Source: Schizochytrium sp. TIO01 (lineage: Eukaryota; Protista; Bigyra: Labyrinthulomycetes). Taken from it: a DNA stretch of 64,000 nucleotides. Each line of letters starts with the position of its first letter. Position 1 is the stretch's first letter. Below are positions 11,345 through 23,533 of this stretch, in pieces. Location: contig SMSO01000031.1 of the NCBI GenBank assembly GCA_004764695.1, positions 5,686,761 through 5,750,760 of the forward strand. The letters are read 5' to 3'. Made by a program: the position numbers and the translations under genes. The notes under the pieces were generated by a model. The model did no database searches, was not told where the DNA came from, and saw nothing but the letters and a program-made list of their open reading frames with translations.

Positions 11345-14300
11345 TGTGTGAATATCAGCGAGTAGTTTGCTTCTCTAAATTTTAGCACTTCTTAATCCCA
11401 CAACCTATGCTTAGGTACCTTAGTCTTGTTCCTAGTAGCCCTACAATTTTTCTTCTATAACTTCACAGCGCTCACTACTTGTGAGCCGGTAAGCTGCAGG
11501 GTTTCAAAGCAAACTTTTGTTGAAGATCTCTCGTTTCCACAACGGAGCGCTCTTGGGATCTCCTCTTGACGTTGTCACACCCGCTAGTCAACTCTTTTCT
11601 GCAAGCAGTTGGCGTTTCACGCTTCGAGTTCGATGTTCTAAATACCCCAATCGATCGCTCAGTGACCCGCGAAATGCAATCGTAGTCTGCACTGCGTCAA
11701 CTCAAGCCTCTGGACCCAACCTTATGCTTACTTGGCACAACCTCACAATATCCCAAGCTCTCCTGCTCGGGTCCTGCCTTGTTTTAGCTTCTTCTGCTCG
11801 GTCTCGAATTAGGCGAATGCTGACAAACCTAATCAATTGATCGATTGCAAGTGATATTTTGAGAGTCCGGCGTCGTCTTTGCAGCTATCTAAGACCTCCT
11901 ACGTGCACCTGTTAGCGTTTATCTTATCCCCGCACTAGTAGTATGACTTCGTCTTACAGCCCCAGCAGCGGCTGCCTTACGAGCAAGAACTTCTCGCTCG
12001 GGCCGTTCTCCGCTTCACCCAGCCAAGAAATCTTGCCTGGCAAGCCCTTGGCCCCGTGCGAGTGTGCCTTTGCACTGCCGCGACGTCCTTCACTTGTCAC
12101 AAAGGGCTTCTGCGCGCTGCGAGATGCTTTGGTTGCTAGCACTTTTCCTCTTCTTGTCTTTCTTTCTTTGACAAGTTCAATTCAATCACAGTGAAAAAGA
12201 AAGAATATGGTGGAGACAATGCAATCTCAGTGAGCCCAGGTCCCGCGGGAGGTTCCTGGCGCAGCCTTTGGGATAGAAACCGGTGTCAGCCGGTTCTTAT
12301 GGTCGCGGGGGTAGGTTGTCAGCTGTCTCTCTGGCCTTTGCTGCCGGTTGGAGCACGGGGTCGCCTTGATTCGAGCAACTCTTCGCGAGGGCACTCGCAC
12401 GCAGGTCGCCCTGCGCTTTCCTATCACCTTAATAGCCGCCTGAGGACGTATATCACTCATAGTTACCCGCAGGCATAATTAAGGCGTATCTGCACTGAAC
12501 TGCCTAAAATGAACAGAACGGATTAGAACGCAGCTTTTTTTTTTTTCTTATTTTATCGATCATTCGATATGATCGTCAATATTGCTGCGGAGTTCACTTT
12601 TTTATAGTAGACTCCTTCGAGATGGTCACCGCCTTCAAGCAAAAGCACTCTCGTGAGGCTATCGACTAATGCTGGTTGGGCTTGGAAAAGTCTGGAAAAC
12701 CTGTCCGGTGGTGCTTATTATGGGCTCAGCTGACTGTATGTTTAACGACGGTGGGTAATTTGCAGGTACTACTGGGACGCGGCGCAATTATGCCGCTGGT
12801 TTGAGCCGTGCGTTGCGACGGTTTTCTCATCTCGACGAATTGATCCTGTTGACACCAACTTGTTGTGTAGTCTGAGCAATTTGCCTGTAAACTGTAGGCG
12901 TAGCAGATGTATTAGGCATATTGATAGTGATTGCTGCCTTCAAGTTGCTTTTGACAAGCCAAGAACTTGAAGAGCATGTGTCTCGTGAAGTATAAAGAAT
13001 TTAACCAGTATAAAGAGATGCAGCCCACGGCCATCTGAGCTATGTGTTTTCAGACTAAGCTACGACGAACCATTTTGGAAGAGCTCGTCAGTCAGTCAGT
13101 GATTAGGAGTCTTCTATGTAGAACTCGTCTTTGCTGTAGATGCCATATTTTATATTCAAGTGAGATTACATACACCCACATCCCAGTTGCAGTGCTAGGG
13201 TTATCCCCTCTGTGGAGTTTTAGTGGTCGACGATTACAACGCAGATGTTGTTCTTCGCTTTTTACGAAAGGAACTTGCTGAAGCAGAAAGCTGCATTGCA
13301 AGATTTTCAAGATTATCACACTCAAATTTAACCATGGCATAAAAAGAGGTTGATTCCATCTGGTCCACTATATCACAGAGCCACGAGCATTGCGCGAAAG
13401 GAAACTATTCAGTAATCACCTCAACACGACTTCATGAAGAGTGAGCTTCGCAAGTTTGTTTGTGTAGTGCAGCGTTGCGCGTAAGTTCCTCAATGCTCCA
13501 CAGCGGTTTGCACCATGAATGCGAATGCTTCGAGAAATGTATCTCAATCAACCATTGAACTTTGAGAGTTGTGTCAGCAGACAGTGCCCGAATAAAATCG
13601 CATTTGCTCAGACTTGTGGATTGTTGTGATGTTAAATCTCCCAGAGGTCCCATAGTCGAGGCCACAATAGCGATATTGATCGTAGTGTTGCCGGACGGGC
13701 TTGAATCAGTGAGGTAGTAGCTACTAGCATCAGCAAATCATCTTGAAAATAATAGAGACAGAACAACTTCAGAAAGACGATGATAGGTATTCTTTGTAGC
13801 AGAAGTGCCAGAAAGTGAACATTGCAATTTTCGAGAGTGAAACTTCACACATTGTTGTGCCTGAAATCCCTGTAAAGTCCGCGGTGAAAGCCTATCGCTC
13901 TCCTGGGCCTTTTCCAGATCTCTAAGTAATAGCAGCAACTAGACAGCTCACAGAATTCCCACTGCTCGGTCTCAAATATACTTTGGTGAAGCGGCAACGA
14001 CACAGGCAATTTTGCTGGAACAGGTTTTGACGTGAACAAGTCAGTTCTACTAAAACACAATGCCAATACTAAACAGAACTTGCAATCAACGATGATGCTG
14101 TTGTGACGATAGTGATGAGTCATAGCATGGACAATGATTAGGAGCATGTTAAGCTCTAGAAGACCCAGACTGAGGACAGCTCTATTACAAACAGTGTCGT
14201 GTCAAAGCACGTTATATGCTCGATTTCTACTTTTGCACTCTTCGCTACCACCGCTTTCCTGTCCTCGCCATTCATCTGTACGGATGAAAGTTGTTTTTCT

Positions 14301-16024
14301 TCCCACCACACTTTTACCACGGAGACCTAGGTCCGGTAGTAGTATTCATGTAGTTCTTAGCGAGGTATTCCCTACTTTCAATTAATAGTGCTCTTATAAT
14401 ATTTGGTATCTGTTGTCATAATACGAAGTGAATAGAGATTTCTGGATAATTTCAAGCTCATGTTGCTAGCTTTTGAGTGAACACACCCCATTGAAATAAA
14501 CAGAGTTAGCTTGAGGAATTGGATAATATCAGGAGAGGCGAGTCTCCGTCAAATCCTGCACATTGCGCTTAGCAGCATTTGTGGCCAATGAAAGAGAGTG
14601 TCTTCTAAAACACCGTCAAATTTATTCTTCTCTAGAGAACTGCACGGCAAACTACCGGACACTAGTTTATTCTTTGCATGGTTTCCGTTGAGGCTCTTCT
14701 CTGATCTTGTAGTTTGATGCCAACTCGCCTCAGTGATTTGAAGCTTTTAAAAAAATACTGTACAAACCTTTGTGGTAAAAATGTAGCTTGAAGCTTTTTA
14801 CATATCTAAGTTTCTTTGAATAAACTATGTAGGAATTTAAGGTTTGCTCGCTTCATTTGGGGATGCAGCTCCTACAGAAGGTAATTTTTAGGGCCTTAAC
14901 AGGAAAGCTTGAGTTTATAAACTATTCACTGGCCTTGTCTTCAAGCTCAGGCGACAAGTCAACAGAGGATCCTGAATTTAGAAAGATAAGTTAACAACAA
15001 ACCTATGCTAAACTAAACTACATGTTCTTCATTACATAACATGATCATGGAAGCAAAGATGCAAGCAAGAGACATATCAAGATAAGCAAAACTTTATCTA
15101 CTCTTAGGAATGACCAAATGGCATTGTAAAAGCGGATGTTTTATGACCAACACGGAAGGAACCAGGTGTATGCATTAAACTATAGTATAGCTTGCTCCGC
15201 CTCTCCTCTTCCACAAAGAAATGTGCAGTCTTTTGCGATCTCGGAGTTTTTTTTACGCTATGGCACTCATGCATCGTTCTCATTGCCCTGGCAAGACGGA
15301 GTAGATTATTATAAAATCAAGGCTTGGAGGGGCTGGGCTTGTTGATAAGTGTTTACGTTTCGCACGTGCTCAATTTCTTTATTTCCAGTAACTACCAGAG
15401 CATAACATCAATACCTGCCCATATTATGCCATCGCAGCCAGAAGCGGAATTAGGCCATCAGTTCCCTCTCGCACGCTTTCAATCACGCAAAATACCTTTG
15501 TGAACTATTTGAACTATTGTCGTCTCTTTCGGTAAGAATCTATGCTGTGGCTAGACAATGACCTGGCATTTCAGCAAAAACAACTCGAGGTATGCAGCTT
15601 GCTCTAACTTTTGGCATAAAGCTAGGAAGCAAAAGCGAACCGGGCGTTTTGTAGGAATAAACACAGACAATCGAGCTGCCCCCCTCACTTAGAAGTTGTC
15701 CGTTTTCGCCTAGCCACCACACCCTCTCATGTGTATCTGGGCCCCATGTTTTGCTTTTTACCTCGCGCATCTCTCTTTGTATCTATATTCACCCCACCAT
15801 TGATAGCCATCCGCTGTCTTCACGTTACATATTTATTTGCAAGCTTTGCTGCACATCTCATATACCTCTATAGTCTCCCACATATAAATACATCCACTGT
15901 ATAATTTGCAGAGCTTCTACTCGTCACCTGTTGACATCAATGGCACTGATGCTGACGCCATTTTGTCATGCCGCCCCACTGCAAATGGTTGAAATACACC
16001 TGAGAGCGCATCAGATTCACACAT

Positions 16025-16464
16025 TCACCGGCGTGCTCCGGTACAGACGTCCTGCAGGTGATCCAGCAGCGTTTTGTCGCTGTTGATTCTTGAATATAAC
16101 CCATCGCCACTGCTCAAAGACGGTATTCCTCTTCGTAGGTCCGGGTTTGAGACACCGGTTAGTAAAGAGCAAAGAGCAAAGACATCAATAGGCACGTGTC
16201 CAAACCGGATGATCCATTCACAGTGAGTGAGTGAGTGAGTTACAAATCTGCAGCTGCCTGCTTCAAAACACTCCGCAGGATTTCTGCACAGCACCTCATT
16301 TTCGCCAGCTCTCCCCGAGCTCCTGCGCCAGGTTCAGTCCACACCCCGCGAGCCGAGGCGAGGTTGATCGGTTGTAAAGGTACTGCTGCTGTCTTCGTCG
16401 CGGTTTGATGCGTCGCCGAGTGCTGTACTTCCAGATCTGCTTTCGCGGCTTGGACTCCCTCCAT
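16025..16464 (-). CDS. Possible small spliced ORF, join(16464..16244,16130..16025), ~108 aa, unknown function
   Basis: GT donor at 16243, perfect TACTAAC branch point (plus strand 16158-16164) and AAG acceptor at 16131. Splicing fuses ORF 16240..16464 in frame to the 3' end of ORF 16025..16294. No recognisable domain. Confidence 0.25.
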
Positions 16465-17338
16465 CCAGCGGTATCCTTTTAAGCCTTTTTAATTTTTATC
16501 GATTGATTTGTTTGTTTGTTTGATTGATTGATTATAATTTATATTTTCATCACTTGTAAAATTAAATTAAACAAATAAAATAAACTAAAATCTTTTAAAA
16601 TCGTCTTATTGTCTGTGTCTCTATATAGATAGATATATATGCGCAGATTCATTTCATCCCTTAGCGAATTCATCGCAGATCACACATTTGATCGAATCGT
16701 CAAAACACGATGCAACGCAAAATCGCATGCCGAGTTAAAACGTATGGTCAGTAGGTCGGCGCTTACCCACCTACTGCCTACCTGGCCGCCTACCTAAGTA
16801 TTTGCCGATCCGTGCAGTTTGGTTTTGGCTGCACAGCAGTGGTTGGCTTATTCCCAGCTAGAGTCCGGACCGTCCTTTGCGTTCTACTTTTTAAACTAAA
16901 TTAAAAAATAAATCACTTTTTAAAACGCCTTTTTTAAAGTCTTACTAGTATGTCTTTTATTAGAGGTTCTTGGGAGTTGCAAGTTTTTACTTTTTATTTT
17001 ATTTTAATATATTTAATTTGAAATGAAATGAAGTAATATATTAATTTAAAAGAACAATACTGTTTAATTAAAAGGAATCATTTAAAAATTATTTTATAAG
17101 TTGAAGAAATGAAAAGAGGGAAAAGGGAAAGCAATGGCTCTCGCGTAATTTTAGAAAATTATCATCGTCGTCATCATCATATCATCATTAGTCTGCTTGG
17201 AGGTACCTGCATGCGCATTTTGATCAGAGAAATGACCAAACCTAAGCTTTCTGAGTCCCTCTTCGGGGTCTTTCTTGTTAACTTCGCATTTTTTTTCACT
17301 ATAACTAATTGATTAATTAACTATTAGCCAGCAAATTA

Positions 17339-17340
<2 letters not shown>

Positions 17341-17392
<52 letters not shown>
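17341..17392. repeat. (ACTA)13 tetranucleotide microsatellite
   Basis: Perfect tandem array, read directly. Confidence 0.95.
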
Positions 17393-17393
<1 letters not shown>

Positions 17394-17609
17394 AGAGGTA
17401 GCACCTCTAACAGGGAATCAAAGAGAGAGAGGTCAAGAAAATGAAATAAACTGAAATGAAATGACCAAAAATAGGGTCGCGCTGGCCCTTGGTCACGATC
17501 GACCTTGGCTTGGCTCCGACGCGCGCCCGCGCTACGCTCTGCAATGAGTTAGTGAATACTCTTGCTACCGCCTTTCCTACAGGCCTCGGGCCTCTCACCA
17601 GAGAGAGGT

Positions 17610-17860
17610 ATGTTACTTTCGTGTAATTCTAAACGAGTTCCTGCCGTCTATCCGATCCTTGCCTCGAGATCATTCATGCCAAGTGTTACATATTCACGGC
17701 AGCTATGGTCTCTAATACACCTGGCTAGCCGTTGGGCGCACTATGGCCAAAGTTTACTTGGCAAACCTTTTGCAACTTGAGCGGAATGGGATCATCAATG
17801 CAGTGCACGAGCATATGGGATGGAATTTGCTAAGAGTCGCTGCATGTGAGAACAAGTCAT
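17610..17860 (+). pseudogene. Possible frameshifted ankyrin-repeat gene remnant
   Basis: One frame gives ...QLWSLIHLASRWAHY. The next frame gives MAKVYLANLLQLERNGIINAVHEHMGWNLLRVAACENK. Both resemble ankyrin NA.D..G.TPLH.AA..GH, spaced ~38 codons apart. Confidence 0.3.
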
Positions 17861-20800
17861 GCAACAGCAGCTTCAGTGGCAATACCAGAGCTGTATCGTT
17901 TTGTCATATCCCACATGGATCTCTGTTCTTTCCTGTATTTATTACTATTAGAAGTATACATAGCCTCTGCGGCACCAAAACTTTCTCTATACAGTGGTAA
18001 TCTATCAGAAATATTGTGGCAATCATGATGCATACATGCCGTGCAGATTCCAAACCTTACAACCTCGGTTGTTGCAGCACTTTACCCGTTGATGGCAGAA
18101 ATTAGTTCAATTATTGCGAGCATGCCCCGATTCGATGGCCGTTCTAGCTTTAATTTAAATTTTAAATAGGTTTTTCATGAAACAAATGAATAATCATCAT
18201 GGTCCCGAAATAGATCCAAAAAAGAGTCTATAGCCTTTGCAAAGCTGGAGAAAGTAAGATGATATGTACTTACCTGCCGGCAGACTGATACTCGGACTAA
18301 ATGTATTGAAAATGCGGTTTGTGTTCTGGTCTGTCATGATGAGGTAACTTCCTAGCCCCTCGACAACGTCTGAGTTTGAAGGCACAAACTACACAACTAT
18401 CTATTCGTCAGGCCTCTCATTTTCATATCTGGTCGCAAGATGCGCTTCGTTTCCTCAAGAATCCACACGAGGATTCTCATAGTTCTCAATTCATCAAACA
18501 GCTCAACACACTAGAGCAAGCAAGCCCCCCCCCCCAGCTTGTTCAGATGGTGCTTCTAATACCCACCTTTCAGGGTTATAGTACTTTAAACATAACCTCT
18601 ATCGAGGTCTTATATTAAATGCACTCATCTCCTCTCCTTCCCTATCACATTACATTTTTCCAAAGAAGAACTTCTTCTTTTGCGAAACAGGCAGAAGAAA
18701 AAAAGGGCCCAGTATTTCCACAAGGCTGAGAAGCTGACAGACTTGCAGCGCAACGGAGCCGTCTGTCAGGTACCTCGTCGCTGCTTTACGGCCTTCCTGC
18801 GAGACCCTTGCGCCGGGCTCCGCTCGCACCCCGACCGGCGCTCCACAAAACCGTAAAAAGGCCCGGCAGACTCCGAGCGCGAGCCTTTGCCGGGCATTAT
18901 TCTACGCTATTTCTTTCTGTTCTCTGGTTTTCATGACTTTTTCAGTTTTCCATTCTTTCATGATTTCGGGTTATACTTTTAGAAAGAAAGAAAAATTGAA
19001 AGGGCATATCTGTGCCGACTAGGTTAATAGCAAGAAGCGAACAGACAGTTTTGCCTCGTCCTTGCCATCTCACCGTGAGACTTTCTGATCAACTGGAACG
19101 CGGACTTGAAGTTCTGGGCCGATGCGATCGTGATAGCCGCGCCTCTGGCAAAGGCGCTCTGCTTATTGCTGATAAGGATTATACGGGAGTCGCTGCGACA
19201 GTTGTAGTACGTAGTTCATGCCCGGAGAGGCAGAAGGTGGCGATGGAGGTGAGGGAGGGCGAGTTCTTTGAGCCTTTTAAAGGTCCTTTTAGACTCTTTT
19301 CAAACCTCGTATTCTACCTGTCCCATTTCCTTTCAGACAGTTGTTATTTCATTTTCAAGAAATTAATTAAAACTGAAGGAAATGGAAAGGGCTGTAAAAT
19401 TAACAAGGAATGTCTTCTTGAGCTTCTTTCGGATCTCTTTAAGAACTCTCACAGCGTATGCATATGCATATCCCTGCTCTGTTCTGCTGCTCTGCTCTGC
19501 CCTGCTCTGCCCTGCGGTAGTTTCTGTTGTTGATGGATGCTACATGGGCCACAACTTCGTTTTTGAAGTTTCTTCTGGAGCTGCTGAGGGCCTGCTGCCG
19601 TGGACTTCACCTTGTCCTCTCATTGCTAATTGAAGTTCTCTTTCATCTTTTGGGGCAAACTTAAAGAGATTGTTTTCCTGAAGGAATGAATATCTACGTA
19701 GGTAGAACTGGTTGGTAAGTTTCACGATTTCCTCATTTCCTCACTTCGCTTTCGCTTTCGCTCATGGAATCAAACTTCTCTCTTCCCTTGCCAGCGGTCA
19801 ATCATTTACATGTGCCCAAGCCGAAGTGCGAGAACTGAAGAGACTCTGTGGACTGCGTCCAAGTCCTTGCTTCTGCTGCTGTCTGCTACAAAAAGCTGAG
19901 AACCACGGTAACAGTAGGTATTAATACTTCACTGCCATGCGCAATGCGAGAGAGAGATAGAGAGGAGAGTCCTACGATTTTTGCATTTACGTATGCGACA
20001 TGAACAGCTTGTTGGAGCAGAGCTGCATCTGGGGTGGCGAAGCGGGCTCATTGAACTTGACTGTAGCGGTCGTTCTCACGTTGATGGCATTGGATCAAAG
20101 CGAGAGAAGAAGGATTTGTGGAGGACGGAGCGAAAAGAATAAGGAATGGTCGTGTACAGCGAAGAAGAGCTTCTCCGATAAACGCGCTGCACAGCACCTG
20201 TAGGAGGGAAAGATCTGTCGAGCCTTCGCGGCATTTTCGCACCGTGCGAAGCGCACCGTGGCTGGAACAGACCCTTTCAAGACAGCATCAGCGTCGTCAC
20301 AGCACAAGCTATTCACATTGCAAAGCCAAAGCTAAAGCCAAAGCGGAGACCAATGGCGATTTTCATTTCGCTTGAAAGTAATGCGGGGACGATCGGCGAA
20401 GAAAGAAAACCACAAGTCGGCGGCTGAATGATCGAAGATACATCAATGGATCCTGATTGATCAAACGGTGCAGGTTGGCGGCTTAAAACTTCAGGTCCTC
20501 TTGCTCCTGGCATTCGTCCAAGAGCGCAACTAACGACTACACCCTGCTTCTACCCATTGCCAAGGAAGCAGGCCGCTGACCTGCGGAATCACTACGGAGC
20601 CGGCCCTCGGTTTTGCCCCGTTTGCTGGTGAAGTGCCTCGCTACCCGCTGCTCTTCGTCCTTCGAGGTGGTCGTCGGCGCCCCGCTCTTCGCCACCATCG
20701 ATCAAGTCGTCCAACAAACCAGCAAAGTAAGCTCTGGCGAACGACCACCTCGCTAGTTCTCTCTGGTGGCGCAAATCGTTTTGCACGAGAGGCGGCTCCA

Positions 20801-20942
20801 GGAGATGCCCGACTAGCTAGAGTGCGTGGTGGACGGACTCGTAGCACTTCTCCAGCAGCAGCTGCTCCTGGTTTTGGCGAATACTGATTGTTTCGTATTC
20901 GATCTTTCCAAATCGCAAAACTTCGAATTTCGAAATTTGAAA

Positions 20943-20984
20943 TTTGAACTTTGAACTTTGAACTTTGAACTTTGAACTTTGAAC
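20943..20984. repeat. (TTTGAAC)6 heptanucleotide tandem repeat with degenerate flanking copies
   Basis: Six perfect copies, preceded by TTTGAAA/TTCGAAA variants. Confidence 0.95.
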
Positions 20985-21408
20985 TTTGGCTCTGTCCTTC
21001 GATTTCTTGAATTCAAAAAACTACGAATTCAAAATCCAAATTCTCAGGTGCTTTGTTCCTTTCCTTTAGACATTCCTTTTTTTCTTTGTACCTTGTTTAT
21101 TATTATTTTATTATTATTATTTTTTTTTTTAATTTGAGACGAATAGAGAGAATGATGCGCGTTGTTCCACCTACCCAAGAAAAGAAAAGTACGCAAAGAA
21201 CTACGACTACGCCCCTACTACGAGGTAGGTAGTTACTATCTAAGTGTCGATTTTGAGCATGAGGGTCGCTAGAGGGGACAGAGGGTGACTGGGCGAGACA
21301 CTTTCCGCCCGAGTTCTCCATTTTGCTCCCTTGCCATAAGCCAGAAAACTAACCGGAAAAACGCCAAGAAGCTGCAAGGAAGAGCGAAGGGATGCATAAT
21401 CAGCCCTG

Positions 21409-21431
21409 GAGAGAGAGAGAGAGAGAGAGAG
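21409..21431. repeat. (GA)11 microsatellite
   Basis: Read directly. Confidence 0.9.
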
Positions 21432-21994
21432 CCCACACATGGGGGTAGGTATGCGCTTCCTTCCCTTGGTTTACAGTCACTACTACTTTCAGGTTGTTAG
21501 GAAAGCTGAGAACCTCTCGCATTCCTGTCGTTTCGTATGTATCTAAAGAGACACATCATTTTGTTTTTCTAGTTTAAGTTTAAACTTATTTTTAATTTCA
21601 ATTTGTTTTCAATTTAGTGGAAGAGCGTGAGGGGTTTAAAATATGATTGTCGCCTTTAAATTTAAAAACAGAGTTTTAAAAATAATAAAGATTGCGCAGG
21701 GTTTTAAACTTTTAAAAACCCAAGAATAATCATTATTTTGTGAGAAAGCTGTAAATAAATAGGTAATCATTGAAAAGGGTTTAAAGAGGAAAGGACCCGA
21801 AAGAGAAAGAGAAACATCTGAAAGAGACAGAGATACAAAGAGAAAGAGGAACAAAAACAAATAACTCGAAGCAAACCATTAGTATTATATGAGAAAGTGG
21901 GAAAAGAAAGAGAGGTCCGCGAGTAGTCCAAGCAGACTCCGATCGATCGATCGCTCGCGGCTCTTGCGGTGCAGAACCAACAGAAGACAGCAGG

Positions 21995-23533
21995 ATGACG
22001 GGCGATATTGTGGCGGCAGCAGCTGCGGCGGCGGCTTCGACAGGTGCAGAAGCCAGACCCCCCTCCCGTGCGATGGATGCGCAGCTGGATGTTGCGCTAG
22101 ATGCTGATGGACGCGTGCAAGGCAGCTTCGCGAGGGACCTCGCGTTCCACTGCCGCGTTTGGGAGAACTTCTTCGATGCCGAAAGCGGTGACGGGCAGAA
22201 AACTGCAAAGCTCGCAAGGGAGGAGTCTGGTAGCGGCGATGAGACCGCCGAAGAGTCTAAGCCCGAGGAGGACGCGACCAAGCCGGAAAAAATCGAAGCT
22301 GCAGAAACTAAGGAAAAGCAGCAACAAAAATCTGAAAACAAAGACGCTGTCGTTGCTGGCACTAAGCGAGAGCGCTCTGAAAGCTCCTCCAACTCATACC
22401 TGGAAGCTGTGACCGCGGCATGCCTGCGTCTTGATGCACTCTCAAAACGCGAGGAGGACGTGGACGCTACGTTCTGGATCCCGGCCAATAGTATCGCTCG
22501 TGTGGATGAACAGGAGAACTGGAACCTTCTTGAGGCGCTTGCTAGTCGCATTTTCAGGATACATACGGCTGGAGCAGACTTTGATGCTGAGCATTCTGGT
22601 GTCGAATGGTGGGTTCAGATCAGAGATGCGCCTTCTGATGGCACCGACGGTGAGTCTTCAGATACTTCAGATGGCACCCCCAAGAGACGCCGCAGGTCTT
22701 CTTCTGGATCAGAAGCAGCAGCGTCGGCTCAGGCTGCACCGGAGGAGAATGAGTCTGATAAAAAGATAAAGACTGCAGTAACTGCGGACGCTACTGCCGA
22801 AGACGAAGACGAGGATGCTGCCAGTGAGGACAGCGAGGTGTCCAGTATCCCGTTTCACATCGATAAAGACGAAACCCTCTCCGCATTGGCTGCCGTATAT
22901 GTGACTCCTGCTTTGTCAACAGTAACTTACCTCTCAGATGTTGGCGCACCTACGGTTGTCACCCCAATTATCTATTCTAACGAAAAGAGTGAGTTCGAAT
23001 ACACCTCTGAAGCGATCCCTGGCAACATGGCCGTATGCTACCCCAAGCCGGGCCGCCATCTCGTCTTTGATGGTCGTCTGATGCATGGCGTACCGTCATC
23101 ATTTGCTCGCGCGGGCGCTGCCGTTGGTGGGCGTCGTATCACATTTCTTGCCAACATCTGGCTCAACCACGAGCCTGTGGGTATCGAGCCAATTCCTGCT
23201 CAGGTGAAACGCAGCATTTACAACCCTGAGTCGCCCTTGGCTGCCTTTAAGGGTCTTGATCTTGGACCAGAGGTGAAGCCATCATCCGTAGAGGAAGCGG
23301 GCCCCGTTGCTACCATTGCCGCTGCAGGGGATAACAACAACCCTGCAACCGAGGATTCTGCATCTCCCCAAATCTTTCCCCTAAGTGAAGCCCCTGAGAA
23401 CATTGTCGGCATCTCTCTCGCCCCGCCCTCAGCTGTTGGCACTTTTCAGGTCCATAAAGATTCCAAGTTCCGCCCCAAACTTGTCATGTGCCAGGCTCCT
23501 CAGACTGCCAACACCCGCACCGCCAGCGAGTAA
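21995..23533 (+). CDS. Putative 2-oxoglutarate/Fe(II)-dependent dioxygenase (DSBH fold) with acidic low-complexity inserts, 512 aa
   Basis: GVEWWVQIR; HxD motif in IPFHIDKDE; LSTVTYLSD..APT; PKPGRHLVFDGRLMHGV (distal His); RRITFLANIW (2OG-binding Arg strand). Confidence 0.7.
   Translation: MTGDIVAAAAAAAASTGAEARPPSRAMDAQLDVALDADGRVQGSFARDLAFHCRVWENFFDAESGDGQKTAKLAREESGSGDETAEESKPEEDATKPEKIEAAETKEKQQQKSENKDAVVAGTKRERSESSSNSYLEAVTAACLRLDALSKREEDVDATFWIPANSIARVDEQENWNLLEALASRIFRIHTAGADFDAEHSGVEWWVQIRDAPSDGTDGESSDTSDGTPKRRRRSSSGSEAAASAQAAPEENESDKKIKTAVTADATAEDEDEDAASEDSEVSSIPFHIDKDETLSALAAVYVTPALSTVTYLSDVGAPTVVTPIIYSNEKSEFEYTSEAIPGNMAVCYPKPGRHLVFDGRLMHGVPSSFARAGAAVGGRRITFLANIWLNHEPVGIEPIPAQVKRSIYNPESPLAAFKGLDLGPEVKPSSVEEAGPVATIAAAGDNNNPATEDSASPQIFPLSEAPENIVGISLAPPSAVGTFQVHKDSKFRPKLVMCQAPQTANTRTASE

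Noticed and set aside
18266-18280. TACTTACCTG resembling the 5' end of U1 snRNA
   Set aside because: No U1 stem-loops or Sm site are recognisable downstream. It is better read as a minus-strand splice donor.
19012-19533. 173-aa ORF in the gene-poor interval
   Set aside because: GTG start, no recognisable motif, and it runs into CTCTG/CTG simple repeats.
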